This document shows, piece by piece, positions 48,606 through 61,559 of a stretch of DNA of 64,000 bases (positions are counted from its first letter, which is position 1; the number at the start of each line of letters is the position of its first letter). The DNA lies in NCBI GenBank assembly GCA_032718475.1, contig JAUCBJ010001608.1, positions 4,022 through 68,021 of the forward strand, in the 5' to 3' direction. This DNA is from Nemertoderma westbladi (lineage: Eukaryota > Animalia > Xenacoelomorpha). The position numbers and the translations under genes are program-made. The notes under the pieces are model-generated. The model saw only the letters and a program-made list of their open reading frames with translations, was not told where the DNA came from and did no database searches.

Positions 48606-49349
48606 GGGGGGGGGGGGGGGGGGTACACCATTTTGGTCAAAAATATGTCGAATTTTTTTTATGGTCTATTATAATGCACCATTGAACCATGTGTTTCCAA
48701 ATCTGAAAACCGCTATTTAATAGCTCTTTTAGTTTTCAAGTTATAACAATTTCCATTTAGGGATTCCTATTGAAATTACTATTACTATGTATAATGAAAG
48801 GTCGATTATCTCAAAATATTTTTTTATGAAATTGTCAACTTCAAAAACCTACTACTTCTACAATTTTTGAGCAATTAGTCTGAAACTTTCTGTGGGTGTC
48901 TAGATAGCCACCCTGCATAAAATTATCAGACAACTTTTCGAAATTATTTGTTAATAAAATTTAATACTATTTATAACAAACCTAAAAATTTAGCCTAAAT
49001 TTGCAGCGCCACCTAGCGGTGCAGAATTATTTTCACAAAATTTTGCCTGATAGTTATGTTGCCCCATCTTTGATCTATCATATATAAAAACTTTCATGTG
49101 ATTAGATTCAAAACTGTAAAAGCCTTAGGGTTTTAATCGCAACCAAGTTTTTTTTATTGTTAACTAGTATTAACTAATATTAAATAGCGAAAAAAAAAAT
49201 TTCTTACCTATCATGTAAGAATAGTATCTTAGGCACCGCACCTACCTATATTCCAAATTATAGCCAAAAACAAAAAATTTTGAAACGCTAAGAGTGATAA
49301 ATCGAAGAGTTGTCCGAAAATGGTGTACCCCCCCCCCCCCCCCCCCCCC
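48606..49349. mobile_element. Non-autonomous Kolobok-like DNA transposon
   Basis: TTAA on both sides (48602-48605 / 49350-49353); TIR (G)n-tacaccatttt / aaaatggtgta-(C)n. Purine-purine 5' termini with TTAA TSD are the Kolobok pattern. Confidence 0.8.
49003..49020. promoter_or_regulatory. CTCF-consensus-like motif GCAGCGCCACCTAGCGGT
   Basis: Close match to the metazoan CTCF core (GCGCC[A/C]CCTAG[T/C]GG); a GC island in AT-rich context. Confidence 0.5.
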
Positions 49350-50588
49350 TTAATGAACTTTATGCTGCAATACAGCAATACTCCGATACTGCAAAGCAAT
49401 AGGTGTAGGCCCCTATAGGGCTGAGTGGTTCAGTACTACTTGCATACTGGTCAGGCAATCTGCGAGTTTATAATTTTGAATTGTTTCATTTTATCAATGT
49501 TAATCACCATGAATCTAATTGATTGTAGTGTCAAAAGACGCGCAAGACTCTCCGCTTTCAATTGATATAAGCCACGTGTGAAATGATTGAGATTAAATGT
49601 GCATTTGAATTGAACTAAAATCACACTCCATAGAAACCAATATGATAAATTATCCGAGCACTCACTGCGTAGTGACGTTAAATATGTAGCAGCCAATCAC
49701 AGCTGATTTTCAAAATTGGCTTCCCGGGCTTACTTAAACCTGTGCGCGCTAAAACACGCCGACAACCCGCGACATCTCGGGGTGTGAACTAAGAGGATTC
49801 TTTGTGGGGGTTGGGGGGGGGGGGGGGAAGGGTAAGGTTTATAGAGCCACACTTTGGTTAGGATGGGGACGTGGGGGACTACAGAGGCGCCAGCGAGAGC
49901 GAGATCGGCCGACAACAAAGGTAGGGCCGTTAGCTGACAGTGTCTGACAGAGTGGTAGGGATGTAGATAAAATAAATAAGGTGTGGCAATAAAATAAAGT
50001 TATAAAAACATAAGGTTATAAAAACAATCATATAAAGTTCTGTATATTTACGTACTTAAGGTTATCATGGTTTACAATACGATGTTACAATCAGTAAAAA
50101 TATTATGACAATATAGTGAATATAATATAAATAATTAAGGCATAATAATAATCACATAATCAACCGCAAGATAAATTGCCCAAACTATGTCGCTAAAATA
50201 ATAATAATAAAACACATCCTTCTGCTTGGCTGGGGTTCCGTAGACTACTGAAGAAATGAAACCCATATATCGGTTTATATACAACAAATCCAACCCAATA
50301 TTATCTACTGAAAATGTGTTAATTAATAACCGAGCAATAAACTGCACTGTTACTCCTACAAACATTCGGGCTGGCTATAACCAGTTTGACCTTTACGACA
50401 ATAGAGTAATACAACTGAGTGCATCTCCACATGAAGAAATATAGATACTGTACAATAACAAGCGAAGCAAACACACCACAAAGGCACTCCAATATACCCG
50501 CTCACTCTCTATCCCACTCCCAGAAGGAAAATATTGGCCCCCAGATTACTCCTACAACCAACAGAGGCTAATAATGATTAAATTCAAT

Positions 50589-51752
50589 GTGGGGCGAGCC
50601 ACGAAGTGAGTGAGCCTTAGCGTAGTGGTACCATTAATCAACCTGTCGTTCTGTCGTTCTGTCGTTCTGTCGTGTTCAATTTTAAACGTTAATAACTCGG
50701 CCAATCTTTGATGAAATCTATCCAAACTTGGTACACATGTTGTTTGGCAAAAGTTTAGAAATTTTCCAAGTAGAATTTCCGTGTGGCCTTCGAGAAGCTA
50801 AGATAATAGCAGTTAATTAGTTAATTAAGTTGATTGCGGTGAAAACGCCATTTTCAACCTGCCTTTTAAAGGAAATTAATTGTTTTACAGTATAAGATTT
50901 AAATAATTATACTTAAAAATTATACAGATATAATCCCCATACGCCATTCTATTATAGTTTTTAATTAGTTTAAGTGATTTGCTTTAATAAATGTGTCTTT
51001 AATTGATCTAAACGTAATTAAACCGCACAATTATTGAGTACAAATTTAATCCTTCCCATTATTGGTCAAGTCTCTGCTGGTGTGGAGCTAGCTGCTGGGA
51101 GTTGTGGCTGTAGACTAACCTGAGAGGAATTGTAATAGAGGCAACCAGTATTGCTATTCCAGCCCAATCACTGAATTGTGTTTATTATAGGCTGGACGGG
51201 CCGCATAACCGTTCGACTATTACTACTATTGCTATCTCAGTTAAATGACAGATATAATAACATAAATACAATCCATGGCATGGCTGTTGTAGGCTTCTGA
51301 AATAGTTTATTCCACAATGTATATGTCTGGTTATTTTTTAATTGAATTTTTGCAAAGTAGTAAAATTAATGTTCTTAAAAATAATATTATTATTTTATAT
51401 GTAACCTAGGAAATTAGCTACATTTTTTCGCTGCAGCTTTAAGAGTGTACATTGATTTAATATTATTTCAATACCCATATTACTACATCGGCATAAGATG
51501 CGTTGGCGTTGTATCACACATCTCCACATATCACACATCTCCACATAGATGTATCAACAGTTACTCGCACAGTTTCGAAACTTCGCATAGTTATAACTGT
51601 ATAAAGATCGTCAGTCTGCGTTTAGGAAAAATATTTTATGACAAAACAGGACAAGCGACGAGCGCAACGAGGCATATAATGAAGACGAGTACTGCGTTGA
51701 CTAAATTATTATATAAACCACCTGGCTTCACATATTGATCGCATCCCTAGTT
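50589..51752 (+). mobile_element. Helentron/DINE-1-like non-autonomous element (tentative)
   Basis: 5' gcgagccacgaagtgagtgagc, (ctgtcgtt)n microsatellite at 50644-50673, aataactcgg...aaacttggtacacatg core, ctagtt end. Related ends at 52105-52140 and 53834-53875. Confidence 0.4.
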
Positions 51753-54700
51753 ATTATTATTATAAAGATCGTCCTAGCTTGCGTTTAAGAAATATATTTA
51801 AATACAAAACAGGACGAACGCAAAGAGGCTTATAATGAAAACGAGTACTGCGTTTATTATATTCCTATAAACCACCTGGCTTTGCATATTTAACGTGCGA
51901 TTGGAAATAAGTTCGTGCTACCCTTCCGTGGGTGGTAGATGTCGCGGTTATGTATTGGTGGTTGGGAAGGGTGGGGGGGGGGGGGGGAGATTAAAAGGGG
52001 TGAACACGTACTGTCCACCTTTCTTTGATTGATTGGTGGTGTGGGTAAATTTCTCAAAACCTGATTTTGTGATACAGTCGCTGCATTTTAATTTGTATAT
52101 AATAACTAGGCCTCGTGCTGCGCGAAGTCCCCACGAACGTGTAACTACAACACAAAACAATCCACACTCAACTATCGCAATAATTACGAAACCTACACCA
52201 AGCAATAATATTACTTCGAAATACCACTAGAAACTCACCAAACAATAAATCAAATATTCCCTAATAAATACATATTCTATAAAATACATTTAACTTTAGC
52301 ATAAATAAATACAATAAATCAATGTAAGATACTTTATGGAAATAATTCAACTAAATAATCAACAATATTAACATAAAAATATGACGCCTAAATCACTATA
52401 ATATTATCAAATAAATTAATGCAAGATAATATGACTTACGCAATTCACAAACGTTCTATATAGTTCCAGTCGCGACAAAACCCGCCATTTCGACCGTTTC
52501 CACGTTTCCACACACCCCACCACTCGATTCAGGGCACCTTGTTACCCCTTATTTGATAGTTTCTAACCCAACAATTTTTTCGTGCACCAACCCTACTGTA
52601 TTGTGGAGGTTACTTTGGTTCATCGTAATAAAATCTTTATTATATAAGTGAATGTGCATAACAAGAAAGAAAATTCGAGCGAAGCGAGCTGAAATTTCTT
52701 TAACAATAATGTTGAGAGTTTGCACATTGAATCGACCTTTTTAAACAACTAGCAACCAAAGCAAAGCAAACAAAGTTTAAACAACAACAAAAATGTTAAT
52801 TACTCATATGGTCTTCTTGACCTTTAATAATAGTGCACACCGACGTCTAATAATTGGCTGAAGTGTGTTCGAGTGCAATGGATATTGAGCTCAACATGTT
52901 AAGATCTTACATATTCTTAATTATCTCGAGAATTAACTAATTAATTAACGCGTAACTTTCCTATTCCATGGCCAGTACACATATAAACCAACATACAAAG
53001 TCTTGCAGCAAACCACCGGAGCGTTTAAGCGAGATAGTACTACGAGAAACATACATACATACATACATGCATACAACATTGACAATTGTATAATAGATAG
53101 AAAATAGAAGAAGAAGAGGAAGATAGGCGTATATACAGTATGTTGAGTAAAGAAGCTAAAATGATGGTTGAAACTTGAAGGTAAGGTTGGAACTTGTATC
53201 AACTATAAACTCAATTCACCTACACATTCCCGCTCCTCTCCCTCCATCGAAACCGGAATGCTAATAATTCTGCTCGCACCAATCCTTAATTCATACACCA
53301 TTCAACAGATCGGTCCATTTCACAAACTGAAACAAATTAATAACCTCAATAAAATATAGAACGCACACATTTAAAACTTATGATACTGTAGTTAGTTTTA
53401 CTTTACAGCTTCTCACATCTAATCTATACTACGCCATTTATAAACAATATTCTCGCGAAATTACCTTTAGCTGACAAGAGATAGGGCCTAACTCCCTTGA
53501 CCCCGCGTTCTCCAACCGAAAACATCCACGGCAACGAAATAGGCAAACGGCAAATATTAACCATTAAGTGCACCACAACCACCACCAACCATTCCACGAA
53601 CCCGTGGAAGTTGTGAGAGAAACTGTAATCACCCTCCACCCCCAACCCGTATAAATAGTATTTTTATTACATCACATTTCTTTAATTTAATTCCGATTTT
53701 ACTGTTTGCCTTGATTGGGGGCGAATCTAATAAATACAATAATACCATACAGTAGAGGCCTAGCCCAAAAATATGGGTACCAGTCCAGTACTAAAAATTG
53801 TTACACTATTGCACTATAGGCCCACTCCTGGCCTGTGGGGCGAGACACGTAGTCGGCGAGCCTTGGCATACGGTTCATATAGGGCAGTAGTAGGAGAAAC
53901 ATAGTCCGGATCGTACTCCTCCCTAAGCCTGGGAAGGTGCTAAATCGCGATGTTTAATGACAATCTGTCACCATCAATATTGATTCGCGTCGTTGCCTTC
54001 AACCAATCGTTGCTTATCACCTACGCGTAGCCTATCCTCACGATGCCTGCCTTACTCGATAGCTGTTACCACCCGTGAGTATTGATTCGCGTTGTTGCAT
54101 CAACCAACCATCGCATATTCATCTTCGCGTAACCTAACTTCACGATGCATGGCTAGCCCCCACTACGCTATTATATTATATATCGATTGCCAACTCACCA
54201 CCACCACCGCTAGCCACGGCTACTCCTCGACGGCTGTCGCCAAACCAATCAATCCAACCAACCAAACAGCCTACCAGTAGTCCAACGCTATTATGATACG
54301 TGTTGAAATTCCGCCACGTTCCAGCTACACGTATACGAACATTTCCATAGTTACTCAACCCAACCTAACCAATCCCACAGCATCTGTGCCATATTGAAAG
54401 GCTTCCACCGCTAACATTATACTGCGCGTTTTTATTATAATAATTATTGATTATTATTACACACAACCCTATGATTCATATTCTTTCACGTATTTCCTAT
54501 CCACGCAATCAACCAGCCAGCTATTCATCCACGTTGCTCCCCATCTCTTTTCTTATTCGTTGATGATTATGACACGTACCATCTCTTCTTCGTTGACTAT
54601 GCCACATCGCAAATTTATATATATATAAGTGAATGTTTTTAATAAAATTCATCACTTGTAATCTTCATGGTAATATATTGATACCATATCTAATTTTTTG

Positions 54701-55024
54701 TTCTCACTCTGACATTGTGTTTTTTCCTTAATAATTTATACATTATCTTACTCGTTGTATATTCATTGGTCGGAAAACGACACCTCATAAAATGATACTG
54801 ATTCCAGCATTGGGTATCGACCTAAAAACGAAAGTCTGAGCTACGTGTCTCACTCAATTTTTGTTTTTGAGTCGATACCTAATGTCAAACTCAGCATCAT
54901 TTTTCTTAGGCGTTGTCTTCCGACCAAACACAATTTTAGAGTGAGAACTATGGTGTCAATTTATTACAGCGATACAGTTTAAAATTTATCACTTGTAATA
55001 TTTTTCATATTTATTATTATTATC

Positions 55025-56089
55025 ATGGCCTTAACGCAAAAAACCGGAGCAACAAATAGCTGGAAATTTACTTACAATAAATATACTTGTACCGTCGTTC
55101 ACAGCAAGTATTTTATTGTGGAATCTCAGGAGGACAACGAATCAATTTGTTTTTCCCATCAAGATACCCGCTATTTGTTAGACATTCTAGAAACAACCAA
55201 CAACAACCAACATCAATCCAGACCAGCAATTATACCAGGTAGGATATATCCCACTCTTCGTTTTGCGCGGGGAAATTTGAATATTTCCATCAACCCCACA
55301 TCGGGTGATGTTTACGTTCAGAAACAAGGCAAATGTAAAGTTCTCAACAAAGCTTTTACTGAAGTTCTAATTCAATACAGAGGGAAATTATTGCAATTTC
55401 TCTCTCCACCGCTAGAGATTATTAGCGATCAATTCTACATTGAATGATCAAATCCAGAGTTTATTGGATTTGTAACAGCTTTTAAAGGAACCAACTATGT
55501 TGGCTTATGGAAAATCAGCCTCAGATACACCGATAGTGTTGGTTTTAACTATTATACAGGTTTCAATTTGTCAAAACAGGAACTATCTGTTTTGTTGCGA
55601 GAGTGGGACAACCAAGTCGATGAAACAGACAAACATCTTTTTGATAAAAATATCATTCAATTATCAGACCGTCTCAAAATGATTAAAACCAATAATAAAA
55701 AAATTATTATCACCAACACCGATAATTCTACTGAAGTAGGTGCCGGCGGAAATTCTATCGAGTTGCATTACTTGAATGATAAAGCCCATATTAGTTTTCT
55801 CAAAGAATCGATGGAGGGCGTTTCTCTTACTGAAGCCCATGTTGACGGTTTTGTCCTTTTGGATAAACCTAAAGCGTTCGTAGAGATCCCATCACCTAAT
55901 CCAGATGTTGAAGAGAGTTGCTCTCAACCGCAACAGGTCTTTCCTGAAATATTACCTCGGAAGCCAAGATCATTGAGTAAATTTACCAACACATCACCTG
56001 CAAAGAAACAGAAAGTTGTCAGTAACCCAGTTCTAGTAGAACCTGTTACTAATTCTCCATGGAAACCAGATTATTATCCTAACATGTAA
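55025..56089 (+). pseudogene. Tandem PC4/Sub1-like ssDNA-binding-domain protein, one frame of 354 codons with a single internal TGA (55445-55447)
   Basis: ORFs 55025..55447 and 55568..56089 share a frame. The linking segment reads FVTAFKGTNYVGLWK...TGFNLSKQELSVLLREWD, like PC4 VSVRDFKGKVLIDIR...KGISLNPEQWSQL; also EGVSLTEAHVDGF. Confidence 0.55.
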
Positions 56090-56286
56090 GCCTAATCATA
56101 AGTTAAACTCTTTGCGGTTTCCAATAGTCATAAGCGATTGGTGATTGGTTTAAAATTATTTCCCTCACTAGCATATAAATGTTTAGATGTAGTCAATAAC
56201 ATTTCATTTCATTTCATTTTATTTTAATCTTTGGAGATATTTTATTATTATTATTATTATTATTATTTATCTAAACAAACTTCAAC

Positions 56287-59200
56287 ATGGATAAAATAAC
56301 AATATGTTGTTCATTCTGTCATATGAATGTAACTAGACATAATTATTTACGCCACCTACGGTCACATTTTGAAAGTTATTCTTGTTTAAGTGTCATGTCG
56401 TGACTTCATGCAGCGAAATTTGTAAACGACATGAAACGACTACTGGTTGTAAAGAAATGGAGTTCCGCACCTATCAATTGACTTGTTCTACCTGTAATAA
56501 AGAGTATACATATGACAATTATTTACGACACGATTGTCACTTGAAATGTTACTACACAAGAAAGCGTAAATATCCGCAACGTAAAAATATATTATCTAGA
56601 AAAAACTTAAGGGTGGCTCTTGGTACATGCGCAACAATTTTTACGCGGGAACAAGAAGCTCACGATAATCGTCTTGAAATTTATGTCCACGACCTCCCAA
56701 CTTCTAGAGATTATCCCGATGTAGAAACAGCAGTAACGCAAATTCGAGGTAATATTCTTCAGTTAATATTAGATAGATTGAAAGAAATGAATGTTCTTAG
56801 ACTGTGGTTAGGTCTAAATGTATTAATGTACAGGTCACATTTTTCAGAAGGTGAGCAATTGGAAACCTTTTATTTTAATTCTTCCGGTGGTGCTATTAAT
56901 ACTGTAGATTCGCCGCAAAGTTTTGACACATGGTTTGAGTATGTGCTGGGGAATATATTACAAAAAATAGCCATCTTTAACACACGTGGTTCGGGGTGGC
57001 GTATTAAATCTTTATTAAGGGTTGAAATTAAATTAGCGGAATCTAAGTGTAGGTCGTTACTATATAAGGGGCATGGGTATATGGAATTACCTAAGGCTCT
57101 ATCAGGTAAACAGTGTGTTATAAATGTACAATCGGCTGATAATGACTGTTTTAAATGGGCAATTATATCCGCAAAATTTAGTAGCAAAGTGAAAAACAAC
57201 AAACAGCGTACTTCATCGTACAAAAATTATATGACTCATTTCATTTTTGACAACGGGAACAAAGATTATCCAACAGAGTGGCAGTTAGCAATTAAACTTT
57301 TTGAAAAACAAAATTCAAAATATATAATTAATTTACTATGTTGGAATAACGACAATAAACGCACCCCGGTATCTATATTAAGACAACCTCCGTTTAGTAA
57401 AATTACACCTGATAAACAGTTATTAAATATATTACTTGTAGTAAAAAATAACAATGTACCTAAACTGAATCATTATGTTTGCATAACTAACTTGAATCGA
57501 TTGCTGAATACGAGAGCTCTTCATACCCAAGGTAGGCAATATTGTGAAAGGTGTTTGACACATTTTTTTCAAGCGGAAGTTCTTCATCGACACCGTCTTG
57601 CCTGCTACCAAGGAAGAAGTCAGCGCGAGAAACTACCTAATAAAAAAAGAACACACATTAGTTTTACAAATTTAGATAGAACCTTAGCCCCATTGTTTGT
57701 CACCTACTTTGATATAGAATGTATCTTACAACCGTCAGTTAATAATCAAATTATACAGGAGCATATACCGTATGCTGTGAGTTATTTAATTGTTCCCAAT
57801 ACTGAATTAATTGATGCTCCAAAATGTCATTTGAAAACATTCGTAAAGTCAAATAATAATAATTGTATTCAAGATTTCTTAGATTCATTATATACTGATT
57901 TAACTGAATTATGTTGTTGGTCAGAAATATACACTCATAAAACTATGTCATTTACTAATATTGATTTTGTAAATTTTGAACAAGCAAAATTTTGTTTTTA
58001 TTGTAATGTTACTTTAAATAATAATGTAGGGAAAAACAGACACCATTCACATATTACAGGTAAATATATTGCGGCAGCCTGTAATAGTTGTAACCGAAGT
58101 TTATCATTGAAACGATACCTGTATGTACTTCGCGGACACAATTCCAACAACTACGATATACATTGTATATTACAAAGCGGATTTAGAGATAAGAAATACA
58201 CAGATTGGGATATAAAGGTTATACCGAGAAATACAGAGCGATATATTTCACTGAGTGCCTTTATCCCAATTAAAAACACTTCTAAGAAAATTGAGTTACG
58301 TTTTTTAGACACATATCAATTTTTAAGCTTTTCTTTAAGTAATTTAGTTGAGTGTTCAACAAAGGATGTAGCCGGTCATGATATAAGCTCAATTTTACCT
58401 ATTACTCTACAAGAAATGAAATATTTTTATCCAAACTTGAATAACTCAACGATTAAACGGAAAGGAGTATTTCCATACGAGTACTTGACAGATATTAATA
58501 AATTTAATGATACTGGTTTACCGTCTATAAATAATTTTTTTAGTAACTTAAGTCAAAAAACATGCACAATTGAAGATTATAGGTTTGCGGGAATATCATG
58601 GGTTGAATTCGACTGTGTGAATCTTAAAGATTATCTTTTAGCCTATTTAAAACTCGATATTTGTTTGCTTGCCGATATATTTGAGAATTTTAGGAATGTT
58701 TGTAAACAAAATTACGATTTAGAAGCAGTTTTTTACTGTAGTATTGCGTCATTTACCTATGATTGCGCACTAAAACATAATAAATGTAAAATAGAATTAA
58801 TAAAGGATTATCAGACATATAGAGATTTTGAAAAATCAATTAGGGGTGGTGTTTCATTTTGTCGAAAACATTATATAGAATCAAATATACCAGGTACAAG
58901 TACATATGATTCTACTAAGGAAGAATGCCATATTTTTAATATTGATTTCAACTCTTTATATTCTGGGAATTTAAGTAAAAAACTACCCACCTCACAATTC
59001 AAAGAAGTAAGTATTAAACATTTAGAGAATGCAATTCCAGAAAAACTAATCGAGTACTTGGTAGATTTAGACATTGATGGATCTACTGGATATTTTTTAA
59101 TATGTGATTTAAATTATCCCAAGGCTATTCACGATCAAACATTACAATTACCGTTAGCCCCCGAGCATTTAAGTATAAATGAATCAATGCTTTCACCTTA

Positions 59201-60344
59201 TATGCGGGAACAATTTAATAACTTGTCAATACAAAGAGGTACCACCCGTAAATATAGAATGTCTATACCAAAACTCATGCTGACACAATTTGATAAAGAG
59301 TTTTATCATTTACATTTGAAACTGTTAAAATTTTATATAAAACATGGATTAATTGTTACTAAACTACATAAATTATATTCTTTTCAACAAGAATTTGTAT
59401 TTAAAAATTACATCGATTTTAATATTAATCAAAGGCGACTGGCAAAAAGTTACATTGAAACTGCTGTCGCGAAATTGCTCAATAATTCACTGTTTGGCAA
59501 ATCAATAGAAAAAATAAGAGATCGATGTAACTTTCGTATCGCAAATAGTAATGATAAATGCGATCAATTGGTAAATCGTATTAATCATGAACAATTTATA
59601 ATATACAATAATACATTATCGGGACATTTATTAGTGAAAGACTCTGTAACTCTCGATAAGCCTATATTTATTGGTAGCACTGTGTTGGACTTGGCTAAAT
59701 TGGATATGTATGATCTGTATTACAATAAATTGCTACCTATTGAGAAAGAATTAAACTGCCGTATTGAAATTGCTGCATCAGACACTGACTCATTGATAGG
59801 TTGTTACTATAATACATCTCAGAATAATTTTTTAAAAGCATTAATTAAAATTAATATTTTAGATACATCCAATTACCCTAAGGATCACCCGCTCTACAGT
59901 GATAAAAATAAATCTAGACTCTATTATTGTAAAGACTAACTAGCCTCACGTGAAATTAAACAAGCAGTATTTTTAAGACCAAAATTATATTCAATTTTGG
60001 AATGGAATAATAAAAATATTCGTAGAGCAAAAGGTATTACAAGAGCTGTTGTGGAAACGAATATTACACATGAAGAATATTTAAAAGCATTTAACTCAAA
60101 TGAAGAAATAAAAAAAAACATACACAGATTTCAATCTAAATTATATCGTATTTATACCTTAAAGCAAAATAAATTTGCACTCAGCAGCTTTGATGATAAA
60201 CTTTATTGGCTTAATAAAAATCAATCGCTTCCTTAGGGGCACTATAAAACAAACCTCAAAAAACCTATAAAAATATCAAATATACCAATTTATGAAGAAC
60301 CAAAAGACGATGGTGTTGATGATGAATTATCAAATAGTAAATAA
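56287..60344 (+). pseudogene. Protein-primed family B DNA polymerase (pPolB) with one frameshift and two in-frame stops
   Basis: GSGW terminal-protein motif, OTU-like DNDCF...NHY, exonuclease YFDIEC / HNSNNYD / YLKLDI, endonuclease-VII-like CFYC..HSHITG..CNSCN insert, DFNSLY, KLLNNSLFGK, SDTDS. Frameshift near 56385; TAA in KD*(E) at 59937; TAG in LP*(Y)GH at 60234. Confidence 0.93.
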
Positions 60345-60873
60345 AAATATAAGTTGTAAGCAGATTATTTATGGACTTAATTTGAAAGAATTAAAAAATC
60401 AATTGAATGGTAAAATTGTACTCAAACCTAATCAGTTTATATATAAGGTATTTGGTGCAACCATATTAATGTTTACAAATGGACGAATAACAATTCTCGG
60501 TAGAAAATATAATTTTAATAAAGTGAAAAAACATATATTAGAAAAAACAAACATTAATTTGATTTTTAAATCAATCAATTTGTGTACTTATATTTTTAGT
60601 ATTGATACTGTAATTTATAGGTTACTTATAAATAATATCGGGTTTTATGTTATATTTGATAATGTTAAACTAGAAATTTCATACGACCCTGAAATATTCA
60701 ATAACTGTAAAGTCAGAATAAATAATATTGTTGTTGTTTGCTGTTTCTACACTGGTAAATGTACATTAATGTGTTCCCCGTTTAAATTTCATATATATTA
60801 TCCTATTTTCAACAAGCTGGTTAATAATTTATTATTGTTTGGTATGGGGGTTTTTGATGTAAAATATAATTAG
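60292..60873 (+). CDS. Divergent TATA-box-binding-protein (TBP)-like protein; likely start at 60319/60322
   Basis: Two TBP repeats: YQIVN..ISC....GLNLKEL...ATILMFTNGRITILG and ISYDPEIFNNCKVRINNIVVVCCFYTGKCTLM, versus TBP TTALIFSSGKMVCTG and SYEPELFPGLIYRM..PRIVLLIFVSGKVVLTG. About 185 aa, the size of the TBP core. Confidence 0.75.
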   Translation: MKNQKTMVLMMNYQIVNKNISCKQIIYGLNLKELKNQLNGKIVLKPNQFIYKVFGATILMFTNGRITILGRKYNFNKVKKHILEKTNINLIFKSINLCTYIFSIDTVIYRLLINNIGFYVIFDNVKLEISYDPEIFNNCKVRINNIVVVCCFYTGKCTLMCSPFKFHIYYPIFNKLVNNLLLFGMGVFDVKYN

Positions 60874-61559
60874 TACCGGTACAAGTGAAATTTATTGTTG
60901 TTGTTGCTGTTTGGTGGTGGAGATTTTTACTGTAAAATATATATATTAAATTGAAGGGAGAAGAAATTTATGAATATTTTTTTAAAATCAACAACTAGTT
61001 TGAGGGGGAAATTAACTTCAGTAGAGCGATTGTTTCTTGTAACACTCAAGTAGACATAGTATACTCAGCAGCCGCGGCTAGCTAGCTAGATAACTTGGCA
61101 TTGTTGCTCACGAGTGAGCCACAATAGCGCATCTGTTACTTATGAGTGTGCGTGTGTACAGCAGGCAACGCTAAGCTCGGTGAGAAAAGATTAGGGGTAT
61201 GTGCTGGTATTCATAGTCAAAGACGATGCCATCCTATCTGTTACTAGTCTGTATATCGGTACATATCATTAAAACATCCGCTATGCATCTCCCTACATTC
61301 AGAATAGAACAATGAACAGAGCATATATCGCTAATCCTCATGGGAAAGGTTTATGTTGTGCATTTTTTTAACTATGTGAATTTTGTAATGTACACATCTG
61401 TGACCCTCTACAAAAATATATATAAACTCAATTTTTCTAACAGTGAACTATAATTTTGTTAACCAAAATAAAAAAAAAACAAATACCGGTATACTGTATC
61501 CACCCTGTCTGTTACCCTTAGTTGACTATATATATAAACTAACCTGAGACAGCAAGAAG

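Larger units (their letters stand above)
48408..49458. mobile_element. Old foldback/MITE-like element (arms ~48408-48540 and ~49350-49458) interrupted by the Kolobok-like element
   Basis: tatgcaag..aacca.ctcagcccta..cacctattgc.ttgcagta..ggagta..ttgctgtatt..aagttcattaa in the left arm is mirrored as the reverse complement in the right arm. Confidence 0.6.

Noticed and set aside
49450-53880. Short ORFs and G-runs between the Kolobok-like element and the Polinton
   Set aside because: No recognisable domains or splice structure; the region looks like fragments of small repeats (including a ~160-bp duplication at 51600/51760).
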